IMG/VR virus record: IMGVR_UViG_3300045988_103857
Origin: a virus
Direction: 5' to 3' (one strand)
DNA length: 64,000 bases
The notes under the pieces are model-generated. The model was not told where the DNA came from. It saw only the letters and a program-made list of their open reading frames with translations, and ran no database searches. The translations under genes and the position numbers were made by a program. Position 1 is the first letter of the stretch, and each line of letters begins with the position of its first letter. Positions 35,777-44,913 of this stretch are shown here, piece by piece.

Positions 35777-37804
35777 ATGAAGAAAATCGAAGTAAGAGAA
35801 ATTAGATTGACCGATTTTAAAGGCCAGTCAGAAAAGAAAATAGAGTTCGGACACAGAACAGTCGTTTCCGGGAAGAACGGATGCGGAAAAACCACACTGG
35901 CAGACGCTCATATGTGGGAGTTTTGCGACAAAGACTACAGTTTAAAGAGCAACCCGGATATCAGACCGGATGATGGCAGAGAATGTCTGCCAAGAGTTGA
36001 TATTGGCCTTGTAATTGATGGAAAGCCAGTAAGCGTAGCGAAGTTCCAGAAACGCACAGAAAGTAAGCCAAAGGACGGAAAACCGGGAAAGGTTGCATTA
36101 TCAAACAAGTACGAAATCAACGGCGTTCCGAAAGCTGAAAGAGATTTTAAAGCTGATTTGAAAGAACGGGGGTTTGACTTTGATAATTTCCTTATGCTGT
36201 CTCACATGGAAATCTTCACATATCTGAAAGATACAGATGCCAGAAAGATTCTGTTTTCCATGTCAGACGGTGCCGGGAAATCAGATTTAGAGATTGCCAA
36301 GACGGTTCCAGATTGTGCCGAGTTGGTACCACTTCTGGAAACCTACAAGGCAGACGAAATCAAAGCCATGAACAGTGCAACACTGAAAAAGGCAGAAGAA
36401 CAACTAAAAGCCATTCCAAACCAGATTATCGGCATGGAGCAGTCGAAAGTTGATGCTGATACCGCTGAATTGGAATTGCAGAAGAATGCCTTGCAGGAAC
36501 AGATTTCTGACCTTGAAACGCAGATTGCACAGTCAGGAAACGAGCGTAGCAGCAAACTCAGAGCAGAACTTTCAGATTTAGGTGTTAGAAAATATTCTTT
36601 CGAGTCAAAAGCACATGAAGAAATCTCGACAAGGAAAACTGCAATTCAAATTAAAATCAATGAGTTGCGGACAGAAAGAAATCTGAAAGCAGCCGAATTA
36701 AACAGGGAGACTTCTGCTTTGGTAATTCTGAGAGCGCAGAAGAAAGAACTTCTCGAAAAGTTACAGAACGCCAGAACACAGTATCCCAAAATCAAAGATA
36801 CAGAATGGGACAACACAGCTCTGGACAACATTGAATCTGAGACATTCAAGGATGCAGAGACCATTTGCCCGACTTGCGGTCAGAATCTTCCGCCAGAGCA
36901 GATTGAGCAGTTAAAGAGCAGATTTGAACAGAAAAAGCAGGAAAGAATCAATCAGCAGTTAAAGGCTAAGGAAGAATGGGAACAGGACAAGAAACGCAAA
37001 CTTGATGAAGTTATTCAGGCTGGAAACAAAGCGTCTGTCGATATGAAAGAAGCGCATAAGCAGGAAGAAACTCTTACATCCGAGATTTCCAAGCTGACAG
37101 GGGAATTAGAACAGATCAAAACTTCTCTGGATGCAGAAAACAAGAATCTGGAAGCCATACCGACAGAACCAGACTTCTCAGGAAATGCCGAATATCAGCA
37201 GATTCTTGCATCAATCAAAGAGAAACAGCAGGAGCTTAATTCTCTGGACAATGGAGAAGAAGCGAAGAAACAGCTTTCAGAGCAGTTATCCGACAAAAAA
37301 CAGGAATTGGCAGCAGTCAATCAGAGAATCGGAGAAGCCAACAACAACGTCCGAATCGACGAACAGATCGAGAAGCTTCAGGAAAGCCAGAAACAGTACG
37401 CACAGAAGAAAGCTGATGCACAGATGATTCTGGACGAATTGAAATCACTGAGTATGGCAAAGAATACAGCCCTTGAAGATGCGGTAAACCAGTATTTTGA
37501 CGGTGTTAAGGTGAAGTTATTTGATACGCAGAAAAATGGTGAAGTAGTAGATGCTTGCATCTGGTACGTGCAGGACAAGGACGGCGACTGGAAGAAACTG
37601 ATTGGGAACGCCAATACAGCCCTGATGATGAAAGGAAAAATTGCCATCATGGACGGCTTGCAGAAGTTTTATGGCGTGAGCTATCCGATTTTCGTTGACT
37701 GTGCAGCAGAACTGGATAACAGCAGTCTGGCAGGCATTAAGGCAGATGCGCAGTTGATATTCTTGAAAGTTTCTGAGGGGGATATGACGGTAACGGAAAT
37801 TTGA
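35777..37804 (+). CDS. Rad50/SbcC-like AAA ATPase with coiled coil and CxxC hook
   Basis: Walker A GKNGCGKTT, a ~400-aa coiled coil with a central CPTCGQ, and a C-terminal signature/Walker B region. Confidence 0.7.
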   Translation: MKKIEVREIRLTDFKGQSEKKIEFGHRTVVSGKNGCGKTTLADAHMWEFCDKDYSLKSNPDIRPDDGRECLPRVDIGLVIDGKPVSVAKFQKRTESKPKDGKPGKVALSNKYEINGVPKAERDFKADLKERGFDFDNFLMLSHMEIFTYLKDTDARKILFSMSDGAGKSDLEIAKTVPDCAELVPLLETYKADEIKAMNSATLKKAEEQLKAIPNQIIGMEQSKVDADTAELELQKNALQEQISDLETQIAQSGNERSSKLRAELSDLGVRKYSFESKAHEEISTRKTAIQIKINELRTERNLKAAELNRETSALVILRAQKKELLEKLQNARTQYPKIKDTEWDNTALDNIESETFKDAETICPTCGQNLPPEQIEQLKSRFEQKKQERINQQLKAKEEWEQDKKRKLDEVIQAGNKASVDMKEAHKQEETLTSEISKLTGELEQIKTSLDAENKNLEAIPTEPDFSGNAEYQQILASIKEKQQELNSLDNGEEAKKQLSEQLSDKKQELAAVNQRIGEANNNVRIDEQIEKLQESQKQYAQKKADAQMILDELKSLSMAKNTALEDAVNQYFDGVKVKLFDTQKNGEVVDACIWYVQDKDGDWKKLIGNANTALMMKGKIAIMDGLQKFYGVSYPIFVDCAAELDNSSLAGIKADAQLIFLKVSEGDMTVTEI

Positions 37805-38217
37805 GAAAAGTGGAACAGCTAGGAACTTGTTTGGCGACAGCCTAGCTGCTCCACACAAAATATAGAGCAAACTATATTTGCTAATAGCATAACAGATAAT
37901 TTTAGCTTAATCAAGCTACAGGTGATTTTGCACCTGCAAAGTGAGGAACGTGTTCACTCACTAGAATCCATGTAAATTTAATATTTGAGGTTTGACAGAC
38001 CTGTGAATTTGCATGGGTACAAAACGGTTCGAGAATGGACTTGACATTGGCTTTGGGTTTGGAGCCCTGAAAAATAGCGTAGGTACGAAACTAAGGATCT
38101 GATCAGGAAGTGTATCCAGAGCGGTTTGGGAACCTACAAAACAACAAACAGTACAGATGCAATCACGCAAATAGCGTGTTGGCAAATATATAAAAAATAT
38201 AGAAAAGGAGAATTGTT

Positions 38218-39168
38218 ATGGCAAACAAAACACAGTTAGCAACAGCAGGAGAACAGCAGGCGGCAATCGTAATCAACAACTCATTCATTGATGGGTTGGT
38301 TAAGCAGCTTGAAAAAAAATGCGAATACGGTCTTTCATTCCCAAAAGACTACAACCTCAGTAATGCGCTCATGGGGGCATATTTGACTCTGAAAGAGACA
38401 AAAGACAGAAATAATAAGCCAATTCTGGAATCTTGCACAGCTACAAGCATTGCAAACAGCCTTATGAACATGGCAACGCTCGGACTTTCAGTTCAGAAAA
38501 AACAGGGTTATTTCATTGCCTACGGCGGTCAGTGCCAGTTCCAAAGGTCTTACTTCGGAAACATTACAATCGCCAGAAGATATGGAATGAAAGATATCCA
38601 TGCCGAGATCATCTACGATGGTGATAAGTTCAAATACCACATCGAAGATGGAAACAAGGTTCTGGATTCTCACGAACAGGATTTTATGGACATTGACAAC
38701 GATCAGATTCTTGGGGCATATGCAGTAGTGCTGATGGAAGATGGAACAAAGCATCTGGAAGTAATGAACATAAAACAGATCAAACAGGCTTGGTCACAGG
38801 GCTATGGTTACAAGGAAAGCGGTAATGGAACACACCAGAAGTTTACTGACCAGATGGCAAAGAAAACAGTTATCAATCGTGCGTTAAAGCAGATTATCAA
38901 TAGTCATGGTGATATTTTCATTCAGGAAGTTGAGGAAGCCACAGAAGAAATTCCAAAGCAGGACATTATTGAGCACGAAGTTGCTTATGAAATCGAGCAG
39001 AACGCCAATGCAGAAGAGTTTGTCCCAGATGAGCCGGCAGCAATCGAAGAACAGCCTAAACAGTCAACAGTCGCAGAAGTCGTAAAGACTGCCGAGAAAG
39101 AACCAGTTCCGGCAGCAGACAAACAGGAAACAGAGATTCCAGATTTTATGAAGCCAGAAGAGATGTGA
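38218..39168 (+). CDS. recT: RecT-family single-strand annealing recombinase
   Basis: The sequence pattern SIANSLMNMATLGLSVQKKQGYFIAYGGQCQFQRSYFG...AKKTVINRALK is typical of RecT. Confidence 0.8.
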   Translation: MANKTQLATAGEQQAAIVINNSFIDGLVKQLEKKCEYGLSFPKDYNLSNALMGAYLTLKETKDRNNKPILESCTATSIANSLMNMATLGLSVQKKQGYFIAYGGQCQFQRSYFGNITIARRYGMKDIHAEIIYDGDKFKYHIEDGNKVLDSHEQDFMDIDNDQILGAYAVVLMEDGTKHLEVMNIKQIKQAWSQGYGYKESGNGTHQKFTDQMAKKTVINRALKQIINSHGDIFIQEVEEATEEIPKQDIIEHEVAYEIEQNANAEEFVPDEPAAIEEQPKQSTVAEVVKTAEKEPVPAADKQETEIPDFMKPEEM

Positions 39169-39174
39169 TCGCAT

Positions 39175-39357
39175 ATGATGTACGGCGACTGCATCAATTT
39201 CGACCGATGTGACTGCGGTAAATTCGGTCACGGTATGACTCAGATCGGGCGGTGTGAAAACTGCCCGTACTATGAGTCGGTAAAAGGCTATTTCGAAAAA
39301 AGAGGTGAGAACTATGAGGATTATATCACAGGATGGAAAAATCAATCTTCCGTATGA
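39175..39357 (+). CDS. small Cys-rich protein
   Basis: 60 aa with 5 Cys. Confidence 0.35.
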   Translation: MMYGDCINFDRCDCGKFGHGMTQIGRCENCPYYESVKGYFEKRGENYEDYITGWKNQSSV

Positions 39358-39547
39358 AATGACAGCGTTGCTTGTTTCGGACAACTACATACAGGCGGTA
39401 TTTGCCGGAGGGATACAGCAAAGTCCGTATGTGATGGCAATGTACTCGACGCAGGATAAATTGCAGGATGCACTTGATGTGCTTGATAGAAGATTTGTCG
39501 GCATGGGTGATGGGATTTTTAGATTTCCAAAGGATGACAAAGTATGA
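39314..39547 (+). CDS. hypothetical protein
   Basis: GAGGTGAG RBS before the ATG at 39314. Confidence 0.4.
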   Translation: MRIISQDGKINLPYEMTALLVSDNYIQAVFAGGIQQSPYVMAMYSTQDKLQDALDVLDRRFVGMGDGIFRFPKDDKV

Positions 39548-40113
39548 AAGAAGAATGGAAATGGGTAAATGGTTTCGAGGGATTATACCAAATTTCAAAT
39601 ACAGGGAAGCTGAAAAGTTTTAGAAAAGATTCAAGTGGACACATAATGTCGAATAAGGATAAAAACGGATGGTATTTTACGGTAAACCTATATGACGAAA
39701 GAAATAAATGTCATACAACTAGAATACATACATTAGTTGCTAAACATTTCATAGGGGAAATTCCGAAAGGATACCACGTACATCATATAGATGGCAATAA
39801 GCAGAACAACGTAGTTACCAACTTGAAAATAATGCATCCGTCAGAACATAGAAAAGAGACTGCTAAAATGCTCCCGCAGATAGATACGGGGATGATTCAT
39901 TATAACCAGTATGAACGCCCGAAAACAATATATATGTATGATACGAACGGAAACTATTTAGCTTCTTTTCCAAATGCAATGACAGCGTCAATTATTACTG
40001 GCATATGTTCCAGAAATATACTTCAAGTTGCAAATAAAAATGAATATAAACCGGGGAGAGTAAGGAAAACAGCCGGAGGGTTTGTGTGGAAGTTTGAAAG
40101 AGAGGTGGTTTGA
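39544..40113 (+). CDS. free-standing HNH homing endonuclease (NUMOD4 + HNH_3)
   Basis: Contains WKWVNGFEGLYQISNTGKLKS and HTLVAKHF...VHHIDGNKQNNVVTNL. It is a paralogue in type of 2969..3529. Confidence 0.8.
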   Translation: MKEEWKWVNGFEGLYQISNTGKLKSFRKDSSGHIMSNKDKNGWYFTVNLYDERNKCHTTRIHTLVAKHFIGEIPKGYHVHHIDGNKQNNVVTNLKIMHPSEHRKETAKMLPQIDTGMIHYNQYERPKTIYMYDTNGNYLASFPNAMTASIITGICSRNILQVANKNEYKPGRVRKTAGGFVWKFEREVV

Positions 40114-40114
40114 A

Positions 40115-40291
40115 ATGTTCATGAAAATAATAAATACAGGTAGCCAGCCGGGAAACTGCTACGCACTTAAATCTGAATCTGGCGAAATCTTGCTTATGGA
40201 TTGCGGATGTAGATACTCGGAAATCCTGAAAGGAATTTCTTATAGGATATCAGAAGTTTCGGGGTGCTTATTAAGTCATGAACATGGTTAA
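40115..40291 (+). CDS. MBL-fold metallo-hydrolase, N-terminal fragment ending inside the HxHxDH motif
   Basis: GAGAGGTGG RBS. The fragment reads ...LLMDCGCRYSE...CLLSHEHG and is then stopped by a TAA. Confidence 0.7.
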   Translation: MFMKIINTGSQPGNCYALKSESGEILLMDCGCRYSEILKGISYRISEVSGCLLSHEHG

Positions 40292-40295
40292 TTAA

Positions 40296-40862
40296 GGCGA
40301 CCATAAGAAGTCGTACAAAGAAATATTGAATGCCGGCATTCAAATTTACACCAATGACGAGACAGTTAAGAGTGTAAACACAATCTCTGGTGAGCTGATG
40401 ATCGGCTTACCAGAAAAGAAATCGAAGGACATAGGTTCGTTCCGGGCAACGCCTTTCTACGTCCCGCACGACAAGACACCAAACTTTGCATACCTGATAT
40501 CTCACGAAGAATGCGGACGACTGATATATGCGACAGACTTCTCATATTTGTCGTTCACATTCAAGAACATGAGAATAAATCACTTCCTTATAGAATGTAA
40601 TCATCTTGATGAATCGCCGGAGCAGGATTCATTTAAGTTTGAACACTCCATCCGGGGGCACAGCAGTTTATCTACTGTAAAAGAGATTATCCGAGTGAAC
40701 AAGACCGCTTCACTCAGGACTATAACGCTGTGTCACCTGTCAGAGGAATGGGGAGACCCGGAAGTGATGCAGAAAGAGATACAGGACGTTGCCGGGGATG
40801 ATGTTCTGGTGCAAATCGCAAGACCGGGATTGGAAGTCGACTTGAACTTATGCCCGTTTTGA
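40296..40862 (+). CDS. MBL-fold metallo-hydrolase, remainder of gene in +1 frame (begins GDH...; no canonical start before TTG 40326)
   Basis: The frame opens at 40296 with GGC GAC CAT (G-D-H), completing HEHGDH. The downstream sequence FYVPHD...YATDFSY is MBL-like. Confidence 0.7.
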   Translation, partial: GDHKKSYKEILNAGIQIYTNDETVKSVNTISGELMIGLPEKKSKDIGSFRATPFYVPHDKTPNFAYLISHEECGRLIYATDFSYLSFTFKNMRINHFLIECNHLDESPEQDSFKFEHSIRGHSSLSTVKEIIRVNKTASLRTITLCHLSEEWGDPEVMQKEIQDVAGDDVLVQIARPGLEVDLNLCPF

Positions 40863-40873
40863 AAGGAGAAGAA

Positions 40874-41440
40874 ATGGAAATTGATAAATCAAAATTAAAG
40901 TTGGGAATTTGGTATGAGGATGAAAACGGAAATTTAATTAAGTCAGAAGATGATTTGGCATGTGAAGCACCAGAAGGAGCGAGAACGTACCATTCCTGCT
41001 TTCCGTTACAAATAACAGAACACGTTTATGTAGTGCATGGCAAAGCTGAGAAAGAAGCGTGCAAGCACAAACGGAAATATTGGAAAAAGGATACAGGTCT
41101 GATAAAGGGATTGAAAGGCCATATATGCACTAATTGTGGGTCTAGCCAAACAAGAAAGTGGTGGCAGCCATGGGGAAGAAAATGGGATTATGGAACGGAT
41201 ACTACACCACTTATTGACTTTCATACAAGTATTGGAGGTGGAAATCAAGATGTCATAATGGCAATGGTAAACAGCGGAGATTATACATTACAGGAAGCAC
41301 TTGTTGTTTTTTCTACGGCCTGCGAAAGATGTATGAATGTGCTTGCATACAAGTATTTGAACGGAGCAGATGGGTACGAAGAATATTCAGATGAGTGGAA
41401 AAAATGCAATACTGAATGCGATTTTTGCAAGAATAGTTAA
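40874..41440 (+). CDS. hypothetical Cys-rich protein
   Basis: AAGGAG RBS before the ATG at 40874. Confidence 0.4.
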   Translation: MEIDKSKLKLGIWYEDENGNLIKSEDDLACEAPEGARTYHSCFPLQITEHVYVVHGKAEKEACKHKRKYWKKDTGLIKGLKGHICTNCGSSQTRKWWQPWGRKWDYGTDTTPLIDFHTSIGGGNQDVIMAMVNSGDYTLQEALVVFSTACERCMNVLAYKYLNGADGYEEYSDEWKKCNTECDFCKNS

Positions 41441-41475
41441 ATTGAGATTCACGAACCATACAGGGAGGAAACAAA

Positions 41476-41877
41476 ATGAAACAGTGGACAGAAGAAGAAC
41501 TTATTAACGACGGAAACAGATTAAGAAATGCTGAAATTACAAATGTATCATTGAATTTTAAAGATCACGGAGTACTCACCCTTGACCTCACTCTTTCTGG
41601 CGGCGGATGGGGAGTTGTATTCGGAGGATATGTTTTAGGACATGGTTACCTTGGCTCGGAAAACTTTAAAGGTTCAAAGGCAGGGCTTGAAGCGATTATG
41701 AGAATCATGGACGTTGTTGGCGTAGATGACCTGATAGAAATGAAAGGAAAGCATGTTAGAGTTGCTACGAAAGGACTTGGACATTCAGTGAAAATTATTG
41801 GAAATTTCATTAAAGATGAATGGTTTGATTACGAAAGTTTCTTCGAGGATGAGAAACCACCATTTGTGGAGGATTAA
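41476..41877 (+). CDS. hypothetical protein
   Basis: GGGAGG RBS. Confidence 0.4.
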   Translation: MKQWTEEELINDGNRLRNAEITNVSLNFKDHGVLTLDLTLSGGGWGVVFGGYVLGHGYLGSENFKGSKAGLEAIMRIMDVVGVDDLIEMKGKHVRVATKGLGHSVKIIGNFIKDEWFDYESFFEDEKPPFVED

Positions 41878-41879
41878 GC

Positions 41880-42149
41880 ATGGTATCAGCAAATTTAAAA
41901 GACTGGAAAGAAGTCACCAAAGGCATTTACAGATATGTGATCTCTGCAAATGTGGCATACGAAATCCACATTAAATATTGGGATATGGACACAGACATTT
42001 TAAGTGCGAATGCAAGTCTATACATTGTTGGCGATTGGCGCTCAAATGATGGTAAAAATACCAGAGAAAGAGAATGCTTACTTGAGTCAGGACCGGTTAT
42101 GGCTTGCCTTGGGAAAGCTATAGAGGATGATAGAGAGAATAACAGGTAA
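41880..42149 (+). CDS. hypothetical protein
   Basis: Closely packed ORF, 89 aa. Confidence 0.4.
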   Translation: MVSANLKDWKEVTKGIYRYVISANVAYEIHIKYWDMDTDILSANASLYIVGDWRSNDGKNTRERECLLESGPVMACLGKAIEDDRENNR

Positions 42150-42165
42150 TTAAAAAAAGCACCGA

Positions 42166-42318
42166 CTATTTATCGGCACTTTTTACAAAATCTTGGAGAA
42201 CAGTAATGACCAGATTATTAAAACTCCTGTTCTCCTGCTTGGCAATCTGCTCAAGCTGTTCTTTAAGCTGTATCGGGAACGTGATGTTAGTTCTGGTCTT
42301 ATCAGACTTGACGGTCAT
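42166..42318 (-). CDS. ribbon-helix-helix (Arc/CopG-like) DNA-binding protein, 50 aa
   Basis: Not in the ORF track because it is under 60 aa. Sequence MTVKSDKTRTNITFPIQLKEQLEQIAKQENRSFNNLVITVLQDFVKSADK has a beta-alpha-alpha pattern. GGGAGGG RBS, and a terminator hairpin plus T-run on the minus strand at 42150..42180. Confidence 0.6.
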   Translation of the reverse strand: MTVKSDKTRTNITFPIQLKEQLEQIAKQENRSFNNLVITVLQDFVKSADK

Positions 42319-42378
42319 GTGAAATCCCTCCCTTGTTTTTTAGAATATTGTAGCATTTTTGCCTGTCGGTGTCAATCA

Positions 42379-42442
42379 GATACCAAAGTGGTATCATTTT
42401 TATCTTGCAATACAGGTATCGAAGTGGTATCATAATGGTATC
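42379..42442. promoter_or_regulatory. operator-like GGTATC/GATACC repeats between the RHH gene and the GIY-YIG gene
   Basis: Inverted repeat GATACCAAAGTGGTATC (42379..42395) and three direct GGTATC copies (42415..42442). Confidence 0.55.
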
Positions 42443-42457
42443 AAAGGCACACTGAAA

Positions 42458-43075
42458 ATGAATCGAGGTGATAAGTCTTTGAATAGTAACTATAAAAATT
42501 TTGTAAAAGCTAAGGCGATTGAAGCCGAGAACCGAAAGAGATGGCTCAAGCTCAATCCAAATTTGAATGATAATTCGGGAGTCTATATTTTACGCAGAGT
42601 TGATGAAGACGGATTCAAGTTTGGGTATGCAGGGCAGGCAAAACATATACTCACCAGATTGTGCCAGCACAGTGCAGGACATCAGCAACACATTGATTTG
42701 AGCCTTAAGAAACATGGCTTATATTCAGAAAACAATCCCTACGGATGGACAGTGATCTGTGAGAATTTTTCCGAAGCTAGCCTTGATAGAGCCGAACAGT
42801 TTTACATCAAATGGCTTGCAGATCAGGGATATCAGCTTAGAAATAAGACTGGTGGCTCTCAGGGAGCAGGAAAGAAACAGATTGATGAGTACAGACTGGC
42901 AAAAGGTTATTACGATGGTTTGAAGCAGGGCAAAAAATCCCTCGCCAGAGAACTTTCACACATCATAGATACACACTTGCAAGTTTCACTGAAACCAGAG
43001 AAGCAGAATAATAAAGTATCAATCCGGGCTTTTGAAAGGTTTCAGAACTTGATTGATGAGAAAACGTACGAATAA
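42458..43075 (+). CDS. GIY-YIG domain nuclease
   Basis: Contains GVYILRR...FKFGYAGQAKHILTRLCQH...RAEQFYIKWL (GIY..YxG..R..H..E). Confidence 0.65.
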   Translation: MNRGDKSLNSNYKNFVKAKAIEAENRKRWLKLNPNLNDNSGVYILRRVDEDGFKFGYAGQAKHILTRLCQHSAGHQQHIDLSLKKHGLYSENNPYGWTVICENFSEASLDRAEQFYIKWLADQGYQLRNKTGGSQGAGKKQIDEYRLAKGYYDGLKQGKKSLARELSHIIDTHLQVSLKPEKQNNKVSIRAFERFQNLIDEKTYE

Positions 43076-43132
43076 AAAATGAAAGGAGCTTGCCTTCATG
43101 TGACGTAAGGGTGCACCGGGCTTCTTTGAAAT

Positions 43133-43966
43133 ATGAAATTAAAATGTGAAATATACAGAGACTCAATGCAAAATTACAAGAAATATGCAATTCCAAGAGC
43201 ACAGCTCGTTATAGCTGATGTTCCGTATAATGTAGCGAATAATTTTTACGGGAGCAACCCTATGTGGTATGTAGGGGGGGATAATAAAAATGGTGAAAGT
43301 AAACTAGCAGGAAAAGCTGCCTTTAATTCAGATTTTAATTTTAACTTATATGAATACTTTCACTTTTGTTCAAGAATGTTAAAAAAAGAAGATACAACAC
43401 CTGTGCCAAGAGGAAGAAGTAGCAATTCTCCATGCATGATTGTATTTTGCTCGTTTGAACAAACACAAACATTGATTAAAGCTGCTGAAAAACATGGTTT
43501 TGTACATTATATCCCACTTGTTTTCATAAAAAATTACAGCCCTCAAGTATTAAAAGCAAATATGCGTGTGGTTGGAGCTACGGAATACGCATTATTGTTT
43601 TACAGAGACAGGCTTCCTAAGTTTAGGAACGGCGTTCAGACTGACGAAAATGGAAAAACAATCAGAGGTACAGGGCACATGGTTTTTAACTGGTTCGATT
43701 GGGAGAAAGATGGAAAAGATATTCCTAAAATTCATCCGGCACAAAAGCCAGTCAAACTTTTAAAAAGATTGATTGAAACGTTTACTGATCCCGGAGATGT
43801 AGTAATAGACCCATGTTGCGGAAGCGGGACAACGTTAAGAGCTGCACATGAAATAGGAAGAAATGCTTTCGGATTTGAAATTGATAGAAATTTCTTTAAG
43901 AGAGCAAAAGAAGAAATGCTTGTTTTTGAGGAAAACAGTCAGATAAGCATAGAAGATTTTTTGTAA
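43133..43966 (+). CDS. N6-adenine/N4-cytosine DNA methyltransferase (N6_N4_Mtase, beta class)
   Basis: Catalytic DVPY (DPPY-like) at the N-terminus, and HPAQKP...VVIDPCCGSGTT AdoMet motif near the C-terminus. Confidence 0.8.
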   Translation: MKLKCEIYRDSMQNYKKYAIPRAQLVIADVPYNVANNFYGSNPMWYVGGDNKNGESKLAGKAAFNSDFNFNLYEYFHFCSRMLKKEDTTPVPRGRSSNSPCMIVFCSFEQTQTLIKAAEKHGFVHYIPLVFIKNYSPQVLKANMRVVGATEYALLFYRDRLPKFRNGVQTDENGKTIRGTGHMVFNWFDWEKDGKDIPKIHPAQKPVKLLKRLIETFTDPGDVVIDPCCGSGTTLRAAHEIGRNAFGFEIDRNFFKRAKEEMLVFEENSQISIEDFL

Positions 43967-43979
43967 AGGAATCGTGAAT

Positions 43980-44237
43980 ATGGACGCATTACGGTATCAA
44001 AAACACATGCAATGGATGCAGAACCGTAAGGATATTTATTATTTCATCCGTAAATACGCAATGTCTCACAAAGGGACTCCAACAACCAAGAAGATATCTG
44101 AGGAACTAGATATCAGTATGAGCGCTGTTCAAAGGCATCTAAGGCAGTTCGAGGACGATGGACTGATTGTATTTCACGGAACTGGTTCGCACAGGACATA
44201 CGAACTGATAGGAGTAAAGAAACATGAAACTGTATGA
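43980..44237 (+). CDS. winged-HTH protein
   Basis: Contains TKKISEELDISMSAVQRHLRQFEDDGLIV. Confidence 0.45.
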   Translation: MDALRYQKHMQWMQNRKDIYYFIRKYAMSHKGTPTTKKISEELDISMSAVQRHLRQFEDDGLIVFHGTGSHRTYELIGVKKHETV

Positions 44238-44487
44238 CGTATACGACGGTTCAAAGTATATCGGGGAGCTGACGCTTGCTGAAATATCAGAATTGACAGG
44301 AAAGACAAGAAGTCAGATATCGCAGGCAATCAGCGGGGCATATGACATTAACGGAAGATATGCGGTCATATATGATGGGCAGCAAACAATCGCATACTCA
44401 AACAAGAATGATCGTAGGATGTTGATGGAATTTGACATTCTGACTCAGAACATAAGGAGGGCTGTCAGTGGGAAAACTGAAGATTAA
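44224..44487 (+). CDS. hypothetical protein
   Basis: Coupled ORF, 87 aa. Confidence 0.4.
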   Translation: MKLYDVYDGSKYIGELTLAEISELTGKTRSQISQAISGAYDINGRYAVIYDGQQTIAYSNKNDRRMLMEFDILTQNIRRAVSGKTED

Positions 44488-44911
44488 AAAGCCAAAAAAT
44501 CAAAGAAGCTTAATCCCGGCGCCACTTAACATAACTGGTTTTACAATGGAGCAGGCTTCCAGGCAGACTGGCGTAAGAATCGAATCTCTTAAAGCGTATT
44601 TGGATTCAAAAGAACAGGAGATTAGAGAACAGACAGTTAAAGAATTTCAGGAAAAGCTGTGGAAAGCAGAAGATTATATTGCTGTGGCAAATATTTTAAT
44701 TTCTGTTATTGCAATCAAGAAAGCATGGGGATTCAAGAAAGCAAACCAGAATTTCATTGATAAGATTACCGAAGCCGAAAGATATGTTGAGGAAATCGGC
44801 GTTGAATCAGCATACAAGGAAATTAAGGAAGAAATGGGTTTGCAGATTGAATTTGATTCTTTTGATATTAACAAGGAATTTGGGTTTGGAGAAAATGAGG
44901 GGAATGGATAA
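44468..44911 (+). CDS. hypothetical protein
   Basis: GTG start after an AGGAGGG RBS. Confidence 0.4.
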   Translation: MGKLKIKKPKNQRSLIPAPLNITGFTMEQASRQTGVRIESLKAYLDSKEQEIREQTVKEFQEKLWKAEDYIAVANILISVIAIKKAWGFKKANQNFIDKITEAERYVEEIGVESAYKEIKEEMGLQIEFDSFDINKEFGFGENEGNG

Positions 44912-44913
44912 AA

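Noticed and set aside
40286-40298. A PacI site (TTAATTAA) as a laboratory cloning or linker scar.
   Set aside because: Nothing else in the window looks engineered: there are no vector sequences, markers or other 8-cutter sites noticed. A natural insertion is therefore assumed. Read-level verification is still listed as the first check.
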